A stretch of 63,725 nucleotides of DNA, filler included, from Trichomonas gallinae (Eukaryota): NCBI GenBank assembly GCA_008369845.1. It is 10 parts of 10 records of this genome, joined end to end, with 100 filler letters (N's around TTAATTAATTAA, not from the genome) between each part and the next. Parts side by side here need not be neighbours in the genome. Positions count along the whole stretch, not along the records: positions 1 to 15,397 come from MRSU01000079.1; 9 more parts are not named here. One strand, given 5' to 3'. The position numbers and the translations under genes are program-made. The stretch's first letter is position 1. The number at the start of each line of letters is the position of its first letter. A model generated the notes under the pieces. The model was not told the DNA's origin. It saw nothing but the letters and a program-made list of their open reading frames with translations, and made no database searches. Positions 1-10,318 of the stretch are shown piece after piece.

Positions 1-131
1 ATAATCCAAAAAGGCTTCATTTGTAGGACCGATAAGATTTTAACGTCATTTCTATCGTCGTTTCTACACCTCTAGAAAATTAATTTTTAATTTACATCGA
101 AAAAATTTTTAAAAGTGACATATTGACTTTG

Positions 132-920
132 ATGCAAAGCATTCTATCTATATTCTATGATGATTTTTCGAGTAATTTTCAAAAGGTCAACGAAACGATT
201 CGAAAGATGTTCTTATATAAGCCAGATAGTACTTTTCCAATTCCAATCAAACATTTATTGGATCAAATCAATGCCATTTTTAATGATTTCCGCGATCAAT
301 ACGTATTAGACAAAATCAATATCGGAAATTGGCAAGCATTAACCGATTTATTGCTCATAAATCTAAATTATCATCTTAGTCAATTTAATTTTTACAGCAT
401 ACACATTGATAACAACAGCAGAATTATCAAAGATATAACCTCCCAATACAAAGTTGTTATAACCAGAATACAGAATGAAGTAGGTTTTTACAAAGCGCCA
501 TTTCCTCAACTAGAAACACTACCAAAAGAACAAGAAAATACACTTGAAAAACTCTTGAATAATTTAAGAACATACCAATACTGCATACCAGCCAAAGATT
601 TCTTCCAAGTTCACAATATTGTTATTAATTCAGTAGTTTCATCTCAACGAACCATCGAAATGCTACGACCAGATCCTCCAGCATCAAATAATCCTCAATC
701 GAAAAATATAAAATCGTCAATTATTGAAATTGATTATTCTGATGATTTTAATGATAATGTATTCGATTATGATGGTAATACTTTTGGTTCTCCAAATCGA
801 ACCTTCGGTTTTATTGATGTTGCTTCAAATAATCAAGCAAAGATTGATTCTACGCAAAATAATAACAATGACCTATACCTTCAAACTTTAATCAATCAAA
901 AGACCGAACTTGATGATTGA
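132..920 (+). CDS. Hypothetical protein (first ATG at 132; ORF track starts at TTG 123)
   Basis: Open frame of about 262 aa; AAAGTGAC (M2-like) at 112-119 just upstream; no family recognised. Confidence 0.6.
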   Translation: MQSILSIFYDDFSSNFQKVNETIRKMFLYKPDSTFPIPIKHLLDQINAIFNDFRDQYVLDKINIGNWQALTDLLLINLNYHLSQFNFYSIHIDNNSRIIKDITSQYKVVITRIQNEVGFYKAPFPQLETLPKEQENTLEKLLNNLRTYQYCIPAKDFFQVHNIVINSVVSSQRTIEMLRPDPPASNNPQSKNIKSSIIEIDYSDDFNDNVFDYDGNTFGSPNRTFGFIDVASNNQAKIDSTQNNNNDLYLQTLINQKTELDD

Positions 921-2344
921 CATTTGATGCGATAAACTTTGTTTTTATTATAATAATTCTAACCATTTTATAATTATATATTTGTTATTTTATTTAAAGC
1001 ATGAAAATGTTAGAATTAGTATTTGATATCTAAGAAGTAAACAAGTCAGATTCTTAAAAACACAATATTCCATGAGATAAAATTTGATATCTCAAATCAT
1101 ATACCGATTATCATTTTGGTCACTATGTTCTGTACTTCTCATTAACATAGAAACTTATTAAACAATTTTTGACATACTTTTTTAAAAAATTGAAAATTTA
1201 TATTTTAATCCATTTGGAAAACATGTCCTATGATTACTAATAATATAACCTACTGGTGATTACTACCATGTATGTTATAATAATATATATCATAGTTCAA
1301 AATTGAACAATATTTTTTGACGAGAATTCAAAAACAATAAAATTATCCATTTGCTGTCAATTCACACATGCATTTATAACTTCATTTTATCGTTGTACAT
1401 GAGTGAATTATCTTACAATAAAAAACTTTAATTATCCCCATGATATCGTTGTTTTAGGGATGTTTTAAGCGCTTTTATTTATATGACAAAATGTGTTTGA
1501 AACATATCAAATCTGTAGCATTGTAATAACGATAAATATTATTTTTAGGATTTGTCAGCGAAATATGATGTGCAACAAACGAAATAGAGAATACGGGTCA
1601 CTATAAGCATGATGACAAGGAATCATGAAAATTGGATGAATTGCAACAAAATCAGATCATCCTTTTTTTACAATGCATTACAAGTCAAATAAAGTCACTT
1701 TTGTGCCACTTTTTCGGTAGTTATCCGGTGCATTACAATAAACATGCGTCATAATACAAGAATTAATGAGAAAAATTTTAAACCGAATTTCTGAAAAGTC
1801 AATAGGAAAAAATATAGTAATTAAAAGAGTAAATTTGGAGATGCCGCTGTATACTGTATTATGAAGTAATAAATAAAAAGGTACGTTTCCGAAATTTCAA
1901 CTTTTGAAAACCGGATTTATAAGATAAATAATAAAATGTTCCGTTGTATATATGGATTCGAAATCCATCAAAATTGGTCAGTTTCATAAACTCCATTTTA
2001 CTCCTTTAAAAAGTACTCAGAAAATATTTATTGAATAATGTCTAATAATACAACTCTGTAGCGTTTTTTGCAACTTTAACAAATTGAATAAAATGGTCGT
2101 TTCTGAATTTTTTGGATAGCTTATAGCATTATAATCAAAACTCGATGCAAAATATCATTCAAATCAATTTGAGAGCTATCCTCAAAAGCCACATTCAAAC
2201 ATTGTATTATACTTTTTGTTACATTATTCATAACTAAAAATGATTTATGAAACCTATTCAAATGATTTGTAAATCCCTCAAAAATTTGAATGGATTTCAT
2301 GTAAACTTTTCAAACAAATTTATAAGATAAATCAAAGTGAGTTC

Positions 2345-3067
2345 ATGATGAATTCTTTACCTAACCCAAGTATCATGAACTTACCAATCCCAAACCTTCT
2401 GGATTTCGGTGATGATGAATCATCAGTTTCTTTAATAGATGTTACTGAATGCGATAATCTCACCAAAGATGTAAATCCTAAGAAAATAACTGGTGCAGAT
2501 CTCAAAATGATGATAGAACATCCAGAGCATTACTTATTCGATCAGCTCTTAATCATCGACTGTAGATTTCCCTACGAATATAACGGTGGACACATCATAT
2601 CTGCACAAAACGTCAACACAAGAAAGCACCTATTTAATTTATTCGATAAATATAAAGATACAAACACATGGGTCATCTTTCACTGCGAGTTTTCGCAGGA
2701 TAGAGGACCAAGATTCATGAATCTATTTAGAGAGTATGACAGAAAAGTCAACGAGTATCCCAAGCTATCTTTCCCGTATATATTTGTTTTGGATGGTGGC
2801 TATTGCAGATTCATAAAAGAACATAAAGATCTCTGCCACGGAGGATATATAGCGATGAGGGATAAGAATTTTGTTACTAATGGTGAGCTTAAGAGGAGCA
2901 ATAGTCTCTATGTAAGGGATATTGTAACCTCAATCACCTGTAACCATCGATTCTCGAGCACATCTCTGAGTGCTTTGAAAGGTACAAGACATGCTGCGAG
3001 TAATGGTGGCTTCCCTATCTCGATGATGCCTGATAGAATGTCACAAGAAACGATTAATTACTTTTAA
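2345..3067 (+). CDS. CDC25: Cdc25-like dual-specificity phosphatase (rhodanese fold)
   Basis: IIDCRFPYEYNGGHI motif; active-site loop FHCEFSQDRGP (HCX5R); YPKLSFPYIFVLDGGY. Confidence 0.92.
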   Translation: MMNSLPNPSIMNLPIPNLLDFGDDESSVSLIDVTECDNLTKDVNPKKITGADLKMMIEHPEHYLFDQLLIIDCRFPYEYNGGHIISAQNVNTRKHLFNLFDKYKDTNTWVIFHCEFSQDRGPRFMNLFREYDRKVNEYPKLSFPYIFVLDGGYCRFIKEHKDLCHGGYIAMRDKNFVTNGELKRSNSLYVRDIVTSITCNHRFSSTSLSALKGTRHAASNGGFPISMMPDRMSQETINYF

Positions 3068-3120
3068 TTTTATTATTAAGCGTGATATATGTTGTAAAAT
3101 ATTTTGTTTTCATTTACATA

Positions 3121-3396
3121 CCACAAATCTTTGATTGTTTATACCACATTTCCCTGCATAATTAGTAAATTATTGTAAAGCCGTAAAACCTAACCATTCC
3201 ATAGATACCAGCAATCAGCATGGCATGATTTAGAACTATCCGGTGGCTGCTTTTTCGAATAACACTGTAAAAAGTTTTTGATAATTTTCAACAAAATCGA
3301 TAAACTAGTTAAAATTCTCTAAAATTTAGATCATTCTCTGCATACTGGACCCAATAAGCAAGTCCTTCGAGTGATAACCTCCTCTAAAAATGTCAT
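3121..3396 (-). pseudogene. Possible highly decayed papain-family cysteine protease C-terminal fragment
   Basis: Minus-strand pieces in different frames, in papain order: LGPVC, FYSVI..LNHAMLIAG (LNHA at 3222-3233), AGKCGIN (GKCGI at 3140-3154). Confidence 0.35.
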
Positions 3397-3967
3397 AAGA
3401 TAAATTTAATTTTTTTATTTGATAATTTGTGAAGATTTCTTGCAGAGAATTTTCTCCCTGATATTTTTCAAAAATAAACAATGCAATCGAATCTACAAAA
3501 AGTTCCTATGTATTTTAAATTATTTAATCAATAGCAAAAATTTCAATGGTTGACTCCCCTATTTTCACCCTCTTTAATATTTTGATAAAAATGCATCTCC
3601 TAATTAATTTTTTTGAATAAAGTCAATACGAATCCGCTCTCATTAATAATTTTGCTGCAAACTTTTCCAGCATACTATATACACCAATGTAATGATGTGC
3701 ACAAGGTTAGGCTGATTTTGTATATACAATACCTAAACACGCGTTTGATCAAGAATCAACTCCATTATTGCCACTAATTCATGATTGAGAATTTTGAATA
3801 GTGACATTCTCTCTAATAGCTATATTGATAAAGGATCAACACCTACAATACTCCTATTTTCGATAATTGAGAATTTGAGCGATGACAGCTCCACTAATAA
3901 TTTATATTGATAAAGATGCACCAAATTTAATTTGATTTATCAAATCCGTCACACCAAGCTTTGTCTA

Positions 3968-4172
3968 CCCCTAAAATAATTACTTTGATAAAGATGCAAC
4001 CCCCATTTTTTTTTGAATAGAGTCATCCCCTAACATACCCCTAAAATAAATACTTTTATTAGGATGCATCCACTATATCACCCCTTAAATAAACATTTTG
4101 ATAAGGATTCATCCCCTATATTACCCCTTAAATAAATATTTTGATAAGGATGCATTCCCTAACTTGCCCCTA
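3968..4172. repeat. 43-bp tandem minisatellite (3 full units plus degenerate flanking copies)
   Basis: CCCC-starting units at 4038, 4081, 4124 and a partial at 4167 (period 43); consensus about CCCCTTAAATAAAYATTTTGATAAGGATGCATCCCCTATATYA; related copies at 3968 and about 3555-3600. Confidence 0.85.
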
Positions 4173-4234
4173 ATTTAAAATACGTTGGCAATTTCTCCTT
4201 TTTATTTTTGGCAGACCCTAAGAATTAAAAATCG

Positions 4235-7200
4235 ATGAATAATCTTCAGCTAAATTATGGAATTGCACCGATTTTTGAGATGACTGTTGGCACAGGTAGT
4301 ATCAATGGCATTCACAACATATCCGAAAACCTCTATATTTCAACGTCAACTGAGCAAATCGCAGTTTTTGATATCGAAAATATTCAACAAACAGTAGATG
4401 TCGGCTGTGAATGCTCCTGTTACATAAAGGAGCAAGAACTATTGGTATGTATAACAAAAAACACGCACAGTTTCCATCTTTTATTGTCTACAAATATTAA
4501 AAATCCAGTTTCCGAAGCAGTACCAACAAATCAAGAGAAAGTATATCACATATTATACTCTCCTAAATCCAATATATTCCTCACAATTGGCTCAGGAGTC
4601 AGTGTTTGGAGCTTTTCATTTGATTCAAACTTATCTAAAGGAAATCTGCAAATGGCAGGTTTCAAAATATCACAGACAGCTCATTTCCTTGATGACTACA
4701 ACTTCCAAACACTCACTCAGCCACTTTTCGATTATGCGAATGAATTGCTGATGATTCCTACTGATTCGGGCATAAAATCTTACAAACTCGATGGATCATA
4801 TTATCAAACAACAACTGAATCACTCAATGAATTTACACCAATTTCGTTGAATCCGTTTTCATTTAAGTTATTAACGATGAATGATGAGAAATTAACAATT
4901 TATCAAAAGAATCAGTCAGTTTTCAAATGCTTCAAGCTTCAAAACGAGAAGTTTTTGACAGCATTTTACTTTTCAAAAAATGATATTTTGTTTATCACGT
5001 CTAAGCAAGATTTCTTCCTCATGAATATAAAGTCTGGAAAGTTTTGGAGATGCTACTCAGCGAAGCAGCCGATTTCACGCATTTTCTTCGTTTCAGGAAC
5101 TTTTCCTAAAATTTTCAGGGTGAGTGGCTCCACAATCTACTGCGAACAGATAAACATCCCATGGAAAATCTGGGAACTCGACTTAGGACCTTTCAAACAG
5201 TTAAATAGAATTCCAAAAATCAATAATGCAGCGAGAATCATTGCTTTGGACAATAATAACACCATCAAATTCATCAGCCCGAAGAATAAAGCGCTTTTAG
5301 CTGAATTTAAACCCGAAATTGACACAGAAATCGTTAAATTATTTTATGATCGCGGAAATCAAAAGAATTCGAAGCGAGATGATATATTTATACTAACAAG
5401 TGACAGAAAACTCCGCGTTTATGATGCCTCTTCTTCTCCAATTAAGTTTAAATTAAATATCGAATATGAAATAACGTCATTTACGCAATTTAACAACAAA
5501 TCTGGCGATCTACAGTATATAGCGGGCACAGTTAACGGTGAGCTTTTGGTCCTAAATTATGAAGATTTTAGTATTTTAAATCGAATTCAAGTTTCAACAA
5601 CTCCTGTTGTTATTAAGAGTCTCCATTTTGATGGGCAATTCGTTATCGTCTTAATTGAAGATGAATTGTTGGTTTATAACGTTCAGAACTTTAGTTTAGT
5701 TTCAAAGAAGAAAATCAACACAGAAGGATTGATTAAGATGCATAACAACATTCTTTACATCGGCAGGGACAACGGAAAAATCTCAAGATTCGAATTAATC
5801 AAAAATATATTAAGAGAAACAACAATTTCGATGCACGAAACAAATATAACGTCGATGTCGTTTGGAGATACATTCTGGGTCTCAACATCTATAGATGGCA
5901 CTGTCAATTACTTCAATTACGTTGATACTTGTTTAGCAACAATTAATCTCGAGAATTCTATTTATTCCACTGAGATTTTGAACGGAAAAAGGGATGTTAT
6001 ATTGTCAACGGACACAGATCTGATGATTATTAAGGGAGAAATCGTTTTTGGAAAAGAAATCGATCAAGAAATCCCACAACTTGACAATTTCAACAGAATT
6101 GTTGATATTTTGGCATCAGGGATGTTCAGAAACCCATCAATTTGCGATGCAACTATAAGAGATGCAATTTTAGTTCGAAATGAGAAAATTGAAAGACAAA
6201 TCACTGATGAATCCTTTAAATCAATCCATCAGTCGCCGAAATCCGTCAAAAACTCTGAAAATGAAGACGAATATATTAACAATGATGAACCAATTGAAGA
6301 AATCGAAGTTGTTGGTAATGAAATTCAAGAACCTGATTCTTTCCCGCATGAAGTCATTACGAAGAGGAAACGAGCACCAAGGAGGTACAGCAGAGATGAT
6401 ATATCAAAGGAAATACAAAATAAATCGAAATCAAAAGATAAAAAATTAAAATCTTCCAAAAACTTGACCAAAAACAAGAATCAATTGGTATCTGCTCTTT
6501 CGCCATACCAAAGCTTGCCAGAAGTACCAAGAGTTGATGATTTAATCGATCCAGCAATTAAATCTTCTGTAAATTCTAAAAATTCAGCAACAAATGACAA
6601 AAATCAACCACAAAATGATAAGAATCAGGCTACAAAGAATGCCCCGAAGCATCCAGTGGCCCAACCAACAGGAAAAGTATCAAATCCAAAATCAATCAAA
6701 AGAATCAAAGAAAGAATTGAAGATCAAAAGTGCAGATCGCAAAAAGAGATACAACTATCAAATTCCGACATAAACATAACTATAGAAAAGTCAAATTCAC
6801 TGACAAGTTTTGAATCAATTTTAGTTCCGCCTCAAGAATCAACAGATTCACTAGATTCCAATTCTAGCTCGAATCTAACGAGTTATAATGAAACTCCACA
6901 ACAAGGAAGCGTCACGCAAGTCTACGGAAAGAAGAAAGATAATCCATTTGCTTTTAATGAGCGAAGTTTGTTCCAACCATTGATGCTGCCTAATCAGAAC
7001 AGGTCAATTATAGACCCAATGCTATATCCTGACGAATACAGGAAGAATTTCTTCGAAATCGATAAAGGATTCTCGATGAACCACAAAAACTATCATACTT
7101 TACTTCCACCTAGAATAGAAAACAACTCCGAGGACAACTCAATCAGCCAGCCTATTTCGGATCCAAAGACAGCTAAAGACGACTCAATCATCAAGTACTG

Positions 7201-7591
7201 CGTGATGAAAAGGTTCCCAACTCCTCCTGTCATCAAGCCTCTTAACACTACAAGAAGGGCAAGACAAGACAATGCAAGGAGAAACACACCTGATCACGTC
7301 AGGCCTTCTATAATCCTGCAGAATGAAATCACTACTAAAGAAGAAGTCACCAAGCTTTATTCTAAAGGATCCCACGAACTGAATCCAATAATTGAACCAC
7401 CGAAATTCGAGCAAAAGGCAGAAGTTATGCCAAATAATTTCAACAACGTTTCACAGAAAGGTAGGTATGCGGACTCTCTCATTATTCAGCCAATTCACTT
7501 CCTTCAGCCAGGCGAGAATCCATCAATGATATCTGGAAATGGCCGCGCAAGGATCATAGTCCCTGCATGGGTCAGATCCAGTAGAAAGTAA
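4235..7591 (+). CDS. WD40-like beta-propeller protein with long low-complexity C-terminus
   Basis: 1118-aa ORF; WD-like segments (HETNITSMSFGDTFWVSTSIDGTVNYF; AGTVNGELLVLN); S/N/K/P-rich C-terminal third. Confidence 0.75.
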   Translation: MNNLQLNYGIAPIFEMTVGTGSINGIHNISENLYISTSTEQIAVFDIENIQQTVDVGCECSCYIKEQELLVCITKNTHSFHLLLSTNIKNPVSEAVPTNQEKVYHILYSPKSNIFLTIGSGVSVWSFSFDSNLSKGNLQMAGFKISQTAHFLDDYNFQTLTQPLFDYANELLMIPTDSGIKSYKLDGSYYQTTTESLNEFTPISLNPFSFKLLTMNDEKLTIYQKNQSVFKCFKLQNEKFLTAFYFSKNDILFITSKQDFFLMNIKSGKFWRCYSAKQPISRIFFVSGTFPKIFRVSGSTIYCEQINIPWKIWELDLGPFKQLNRIPKINNAARIIALDNNNTIKFISPKNKALLAEFKPEIDTEIVKLFYDRGNQKNSKRDDIFILTSDRKLRVYDASSSPIKFKLNIEYEITSFTQFNNKSGDLQYIAGTVNGELLVLNYEDFSILNRIQVSTTPVVIKSLHFDGQFVIVLIEDELLVYNVQNFSLVSKKKINTEGLIKMHNNILYIGRDNGKISRFELIKNILRETTISMHETNITSMSFGDTFWVSTSIDGTVNYFNYVDTCLATINLENSIYSTEILNGKRDVILSTDTDLMIIKGEIVFGKEIDQEIPQLDNFNRIVDILASGMFRNPSICDATIRDAILVRNEKIERQITDESFKSIHQSPKSVKNSENEDEYINNDEPIEEIEVVGNEIQEPDSFPHEVITKRKRAPRRYSRDDISKEIQNKSKSKDKKLKSSKNLTKNKNQLVSALSPYQSLPEVPRVDDLIDPAIKSSVNSKNSATNDKNQPQNDKNQATKNAPKHPVAQPTGKVSNPKSIKRIKERIEDQKCRSQKEIQLSNSDINITIEKSNSLTSFESILVPPQESTDSLDSNSSSNLTSYNETPQQGSVTQVYGKKKDNPFAFNERSLFQPLMLPNQNRSIIDPMLYPDEYRKNFFEIDKGFSMNHKNYHTLLPPRIENNSEDNSISQPISDPKTAKDDSIIKYCVMKRFPTPPVIKPLNTTRRARQDNARRNTPDHVRPSIILQNEITTKEEVTKLYSKGSHELNPIIEPPKFEQKAEVMPNNFNNVSQKGRYADSLIIQPIHFLQPGENPSMISGNGRARIIVPAWVRSSRK

Positions 7592-7986
7592 AATATTTTT
7601 TGTTTGTTTGCGTTTTAATCATTACTATTTTATTTTTTGAAAATTATGATAATCATTTATTTTCTTAATTGATAAATAAGCAAATGATGATCAGCCATAC
7701 AAACATTATTATAGACCTGCGCATAATGCAGTCTTATTATTATGATAATCATTTTTTTTAATGATGATAAATAATCATTTTTTAACTATGATAATCATTA
7801 TTTGCTCATCCTAGAGCTTTTAATCAAACAAGTATTGCGTTTTATGCTAATACATCTATCTAATATATTTATTTTTACGAATACAAGATTAATATTAAAT
7901 TTTATTAATAAAACAGGAAAAATATGAAAAAATGTATGAAAATAAACTCTAATTTAATAACTCTATAAAAATTATATTATAACAAA

Positions 7987-9597
7987 TTATTTCTTCATTC
8001 TATGGAAGGCATGTGACTGCGGTTTCTGCACGTGTTTCGGTGGTGCCTTCTTATCCTTTGAGTCTTTGCCTTTCTTGTTGTTATCTTTCTTCTTCTCAGG
8101 TGCAGCACCGAAGTCTTTCATCGAGTAAGCTTTCTCAGCGAACGGCTTCCACTCTTCTTCATGCAACTTATTCCACTCGTTGACCTTGTCCAAGTATCCT
8201 GGCTGCTTGATGTTCCTGTCTCTAATCTCTGTCATACCTGGAATTCTTATTAATCCGAAGCCTTCACTCAAAGCGATGAAATCCAGTTCTTTGAGCCTGA
8301 AAATCAGTTCTAGAGCGTAGCCTGAGTATGACCTTACATAAGCGACGACGCACTTCATGGATGTAATATAGAATTCTTCGCTTTGAGAAACAGCAGTTCT
8401 AATTCTCTTCAAAATATCTTCAGCGTCTTCTGGGACAGGAATTTTCATCTCAGTCATATCAATGACATCTGATGTATTCTTAAGATAATCAATGTAGCAG
8501 TCTTCGTGATCGCGCAAGAAGATAATAGCGTTACCACTTCTTCCTATACGCGCTGTACGGCCAACTCTGTGCACGAACATCGTGTAATCAGGTGGAGCAT
8601 CGAACTGGATGATCCAGTCAATATCTGGCATATCAATACCACGAGCCATGACATCTGTAGCGAGCATGATGCCTTTTTGGACTTTCCTGAATGCCTCAAT
8701 ACTCTCTGAACGCTCCTTTGGCGTCATTCTTCCGTAGATTGGGAAGATTTGCGGACAATTTTCTCCTAAAGCGATTTTTATTGTTTGGAACATGAAGTCA
8801 ACTTCCTGGCGGTTAAGAACGAATAAAATGCACTTGGCATCCATAAGATTTGTTCTGATAAATTCGATTAATTGACAGAATTTGTATTTATCATCAACAA
8901 TCGCGTAAAAGTTAACCAATTCTGCTGGTGTCTGTGCATCATTGGATTTGACGCGGACATACATAGGATTTCTCATACCTGTTCTAATGATTTCATTCAA
9001 AGCATCATTCATTGTAGCAGAAAAGAGGCCAGTACGTCTCTGTGTTGGTAATTTCTGGAATATTGATGTCAAAGTACCACCAAGACCCATCTTAAGAATT
9101 TGATCTGCTTCATCAATGACAAAAAGAGACATTTTGCGGAATGTTGCTTCAGGAAGCTCAACCATAAGCTCGTGCAACTTACCTGGTGTACCAATTATGA
9201 GTGTTGGCTTGATTTTGTTAAAAGCTTCGATATCTTCAGTGACTTTAGATCCACCGATGACGTATTGAGGAATCATTTGCGGAAATTCTGTCGAAATTTT
9301 TGTTGCAACTTCGAAAACTTGTTTCGCGAGTTCATGTGTGGGGACTAAAACGACAACGGCGACTCCTTCTGCTGATTTCTTGATGTATTCCATCGAAGGA
9401 ACCAGATATGCGAGTGTTTTGCCTGAGCCTGTGATGGCTTCAACAGCGACATCTTTATATCCCAAAAGATAAGGCGTTACAGACTTCTGAACTGGGGTCA
9501 TTGAAGGAAATCCTATCTTTTTGAGGACATTGATAGTTTCTGCTGATAAAACTTGGTTCTCCTTATTAAGATCTTTCCAGCTTCCAGCAGTAATCAT
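7987..9597 (-). CDS. DEAD-box RNA helicase, DDX55/Spb4-like
   Basis: Q motif (GFPSMTPVQ), TGSGKT, DEAD, SAT, HRVGRTAR; C-terminal YVRSY...IFRLKELD...FGLIRIPGMTEI resembles Spb4/DDX55; basic tail. Confidence 0.9.
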   Translation of the reverse strand: MITAGSWKDLNKENQVLSAETINVLKKIGFPSMTPVQKSVTPYLLGYKDVAVEAITGSGKTLAYLVPSMEYIKKSAEGVAVVVLVPTHELAKQVFEVATKISTEFPQMIPQYVIGGSKVTEDIEAFNKIKPTLIIGTPGKLHELMVELPEATFRKMSLFVIDEADQILKMGLGGTLTSIFQKLPTQRRTGLFSATMNDALNEIIRTGMRNPMYVRVKSNDAQTPAELVNFYAIVDDKYKFCQLIEFIRTNLMDAKCILFVLNRQEVDFMFQTIKIALGENCPQIFPIYGRMTPKERSESIEAFRKVQKGIMLATDVMARGIDMPDIDWIIQFDAPPDYTMFVHRVGRTARIGRSGNAIIFLRDHEDCYIDYLKNTSDVIDMTEMKIPVPEDAEDILKRIRTAVSQSEEFYITSMKCVVAYVRSYSGYALELIFRLKELDFIALSEGFGLIRIPGMTEIRDRNIKQPGYLDKVNEWNKLHEEEWKPFAEKAYSMKDFGAAPEKKKDNNKKGKDSKDKKAPPKHVQKPQSHAFHRMKK

Positions 9598-10318
9598 TTC
9601 AAGATTTTAGACCTGTCACTTTTATATTTAACCTTATTACATAACCTTATTGACACTTCTCAGATTTTAAAAAATCATTGAAAGATCTAGGAGATTACTT
9701 TAAATGTTGTAAGTATTATATATGGATGTTGATGAAAGTATAGTTAGGATATCTAAGAATTTAAACAATTAGGAATCGAAATTGATTTTCGCCTATGTTA
9801 GATATTGATAGAGAAGGGTATCAAATATTTATCTCATGGATTTTTGTTAATTTAGACGTTCTCTTGGATGCAGGATAGATTTTCTCTGATAAATCATTTG
9901 ATAACTTGAATTCTAAAATCCGTCATATTCGTAAAATTACACGTCAGAAAATATAACCTTATTAATCATGATTCTGATAAATGAAGAATTTAGGCTAAAA
10001 CAATTAGGAATTATTTTTATATTATGTGAATATTTAGATTTAAATTGGTTTGGTTTTATCTCGAGATATTTCAATTTTGCATTATTCAACAGTTTAATTA
10101 ATAGATATCTTTTACTATAGTTTAATAATATGCAATTATAACATAATATGGTGAATTTGCATAAATTTTCCAAAATACAAAATATACCCAGTTTTGCCAC
10201 AGTTTGCACTAGGTCCTATTATAGGGGGTGATTATTTTAATTTTTAATCAAAAATTCTAGGAGAAAAACTTATTATTGAAAAATGATTAATGATGTAATA
10301 AACAAACAAACAAAAACT

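Noticed and set aside
3968..4172. CRISPR-like or telomeric array
   Set aside because: Units are homologous over their full length with no unique spacers; no cas genes; CCCTAA is not in tandem
9937..10209. Short AT-rich ORFs (also 15738-15926, 25517-25765, 40361-40576, 52302-52490)
   Set aside because: Mostly non-ATG starts with I/K/F/N-biased composition typical of intergenic noise
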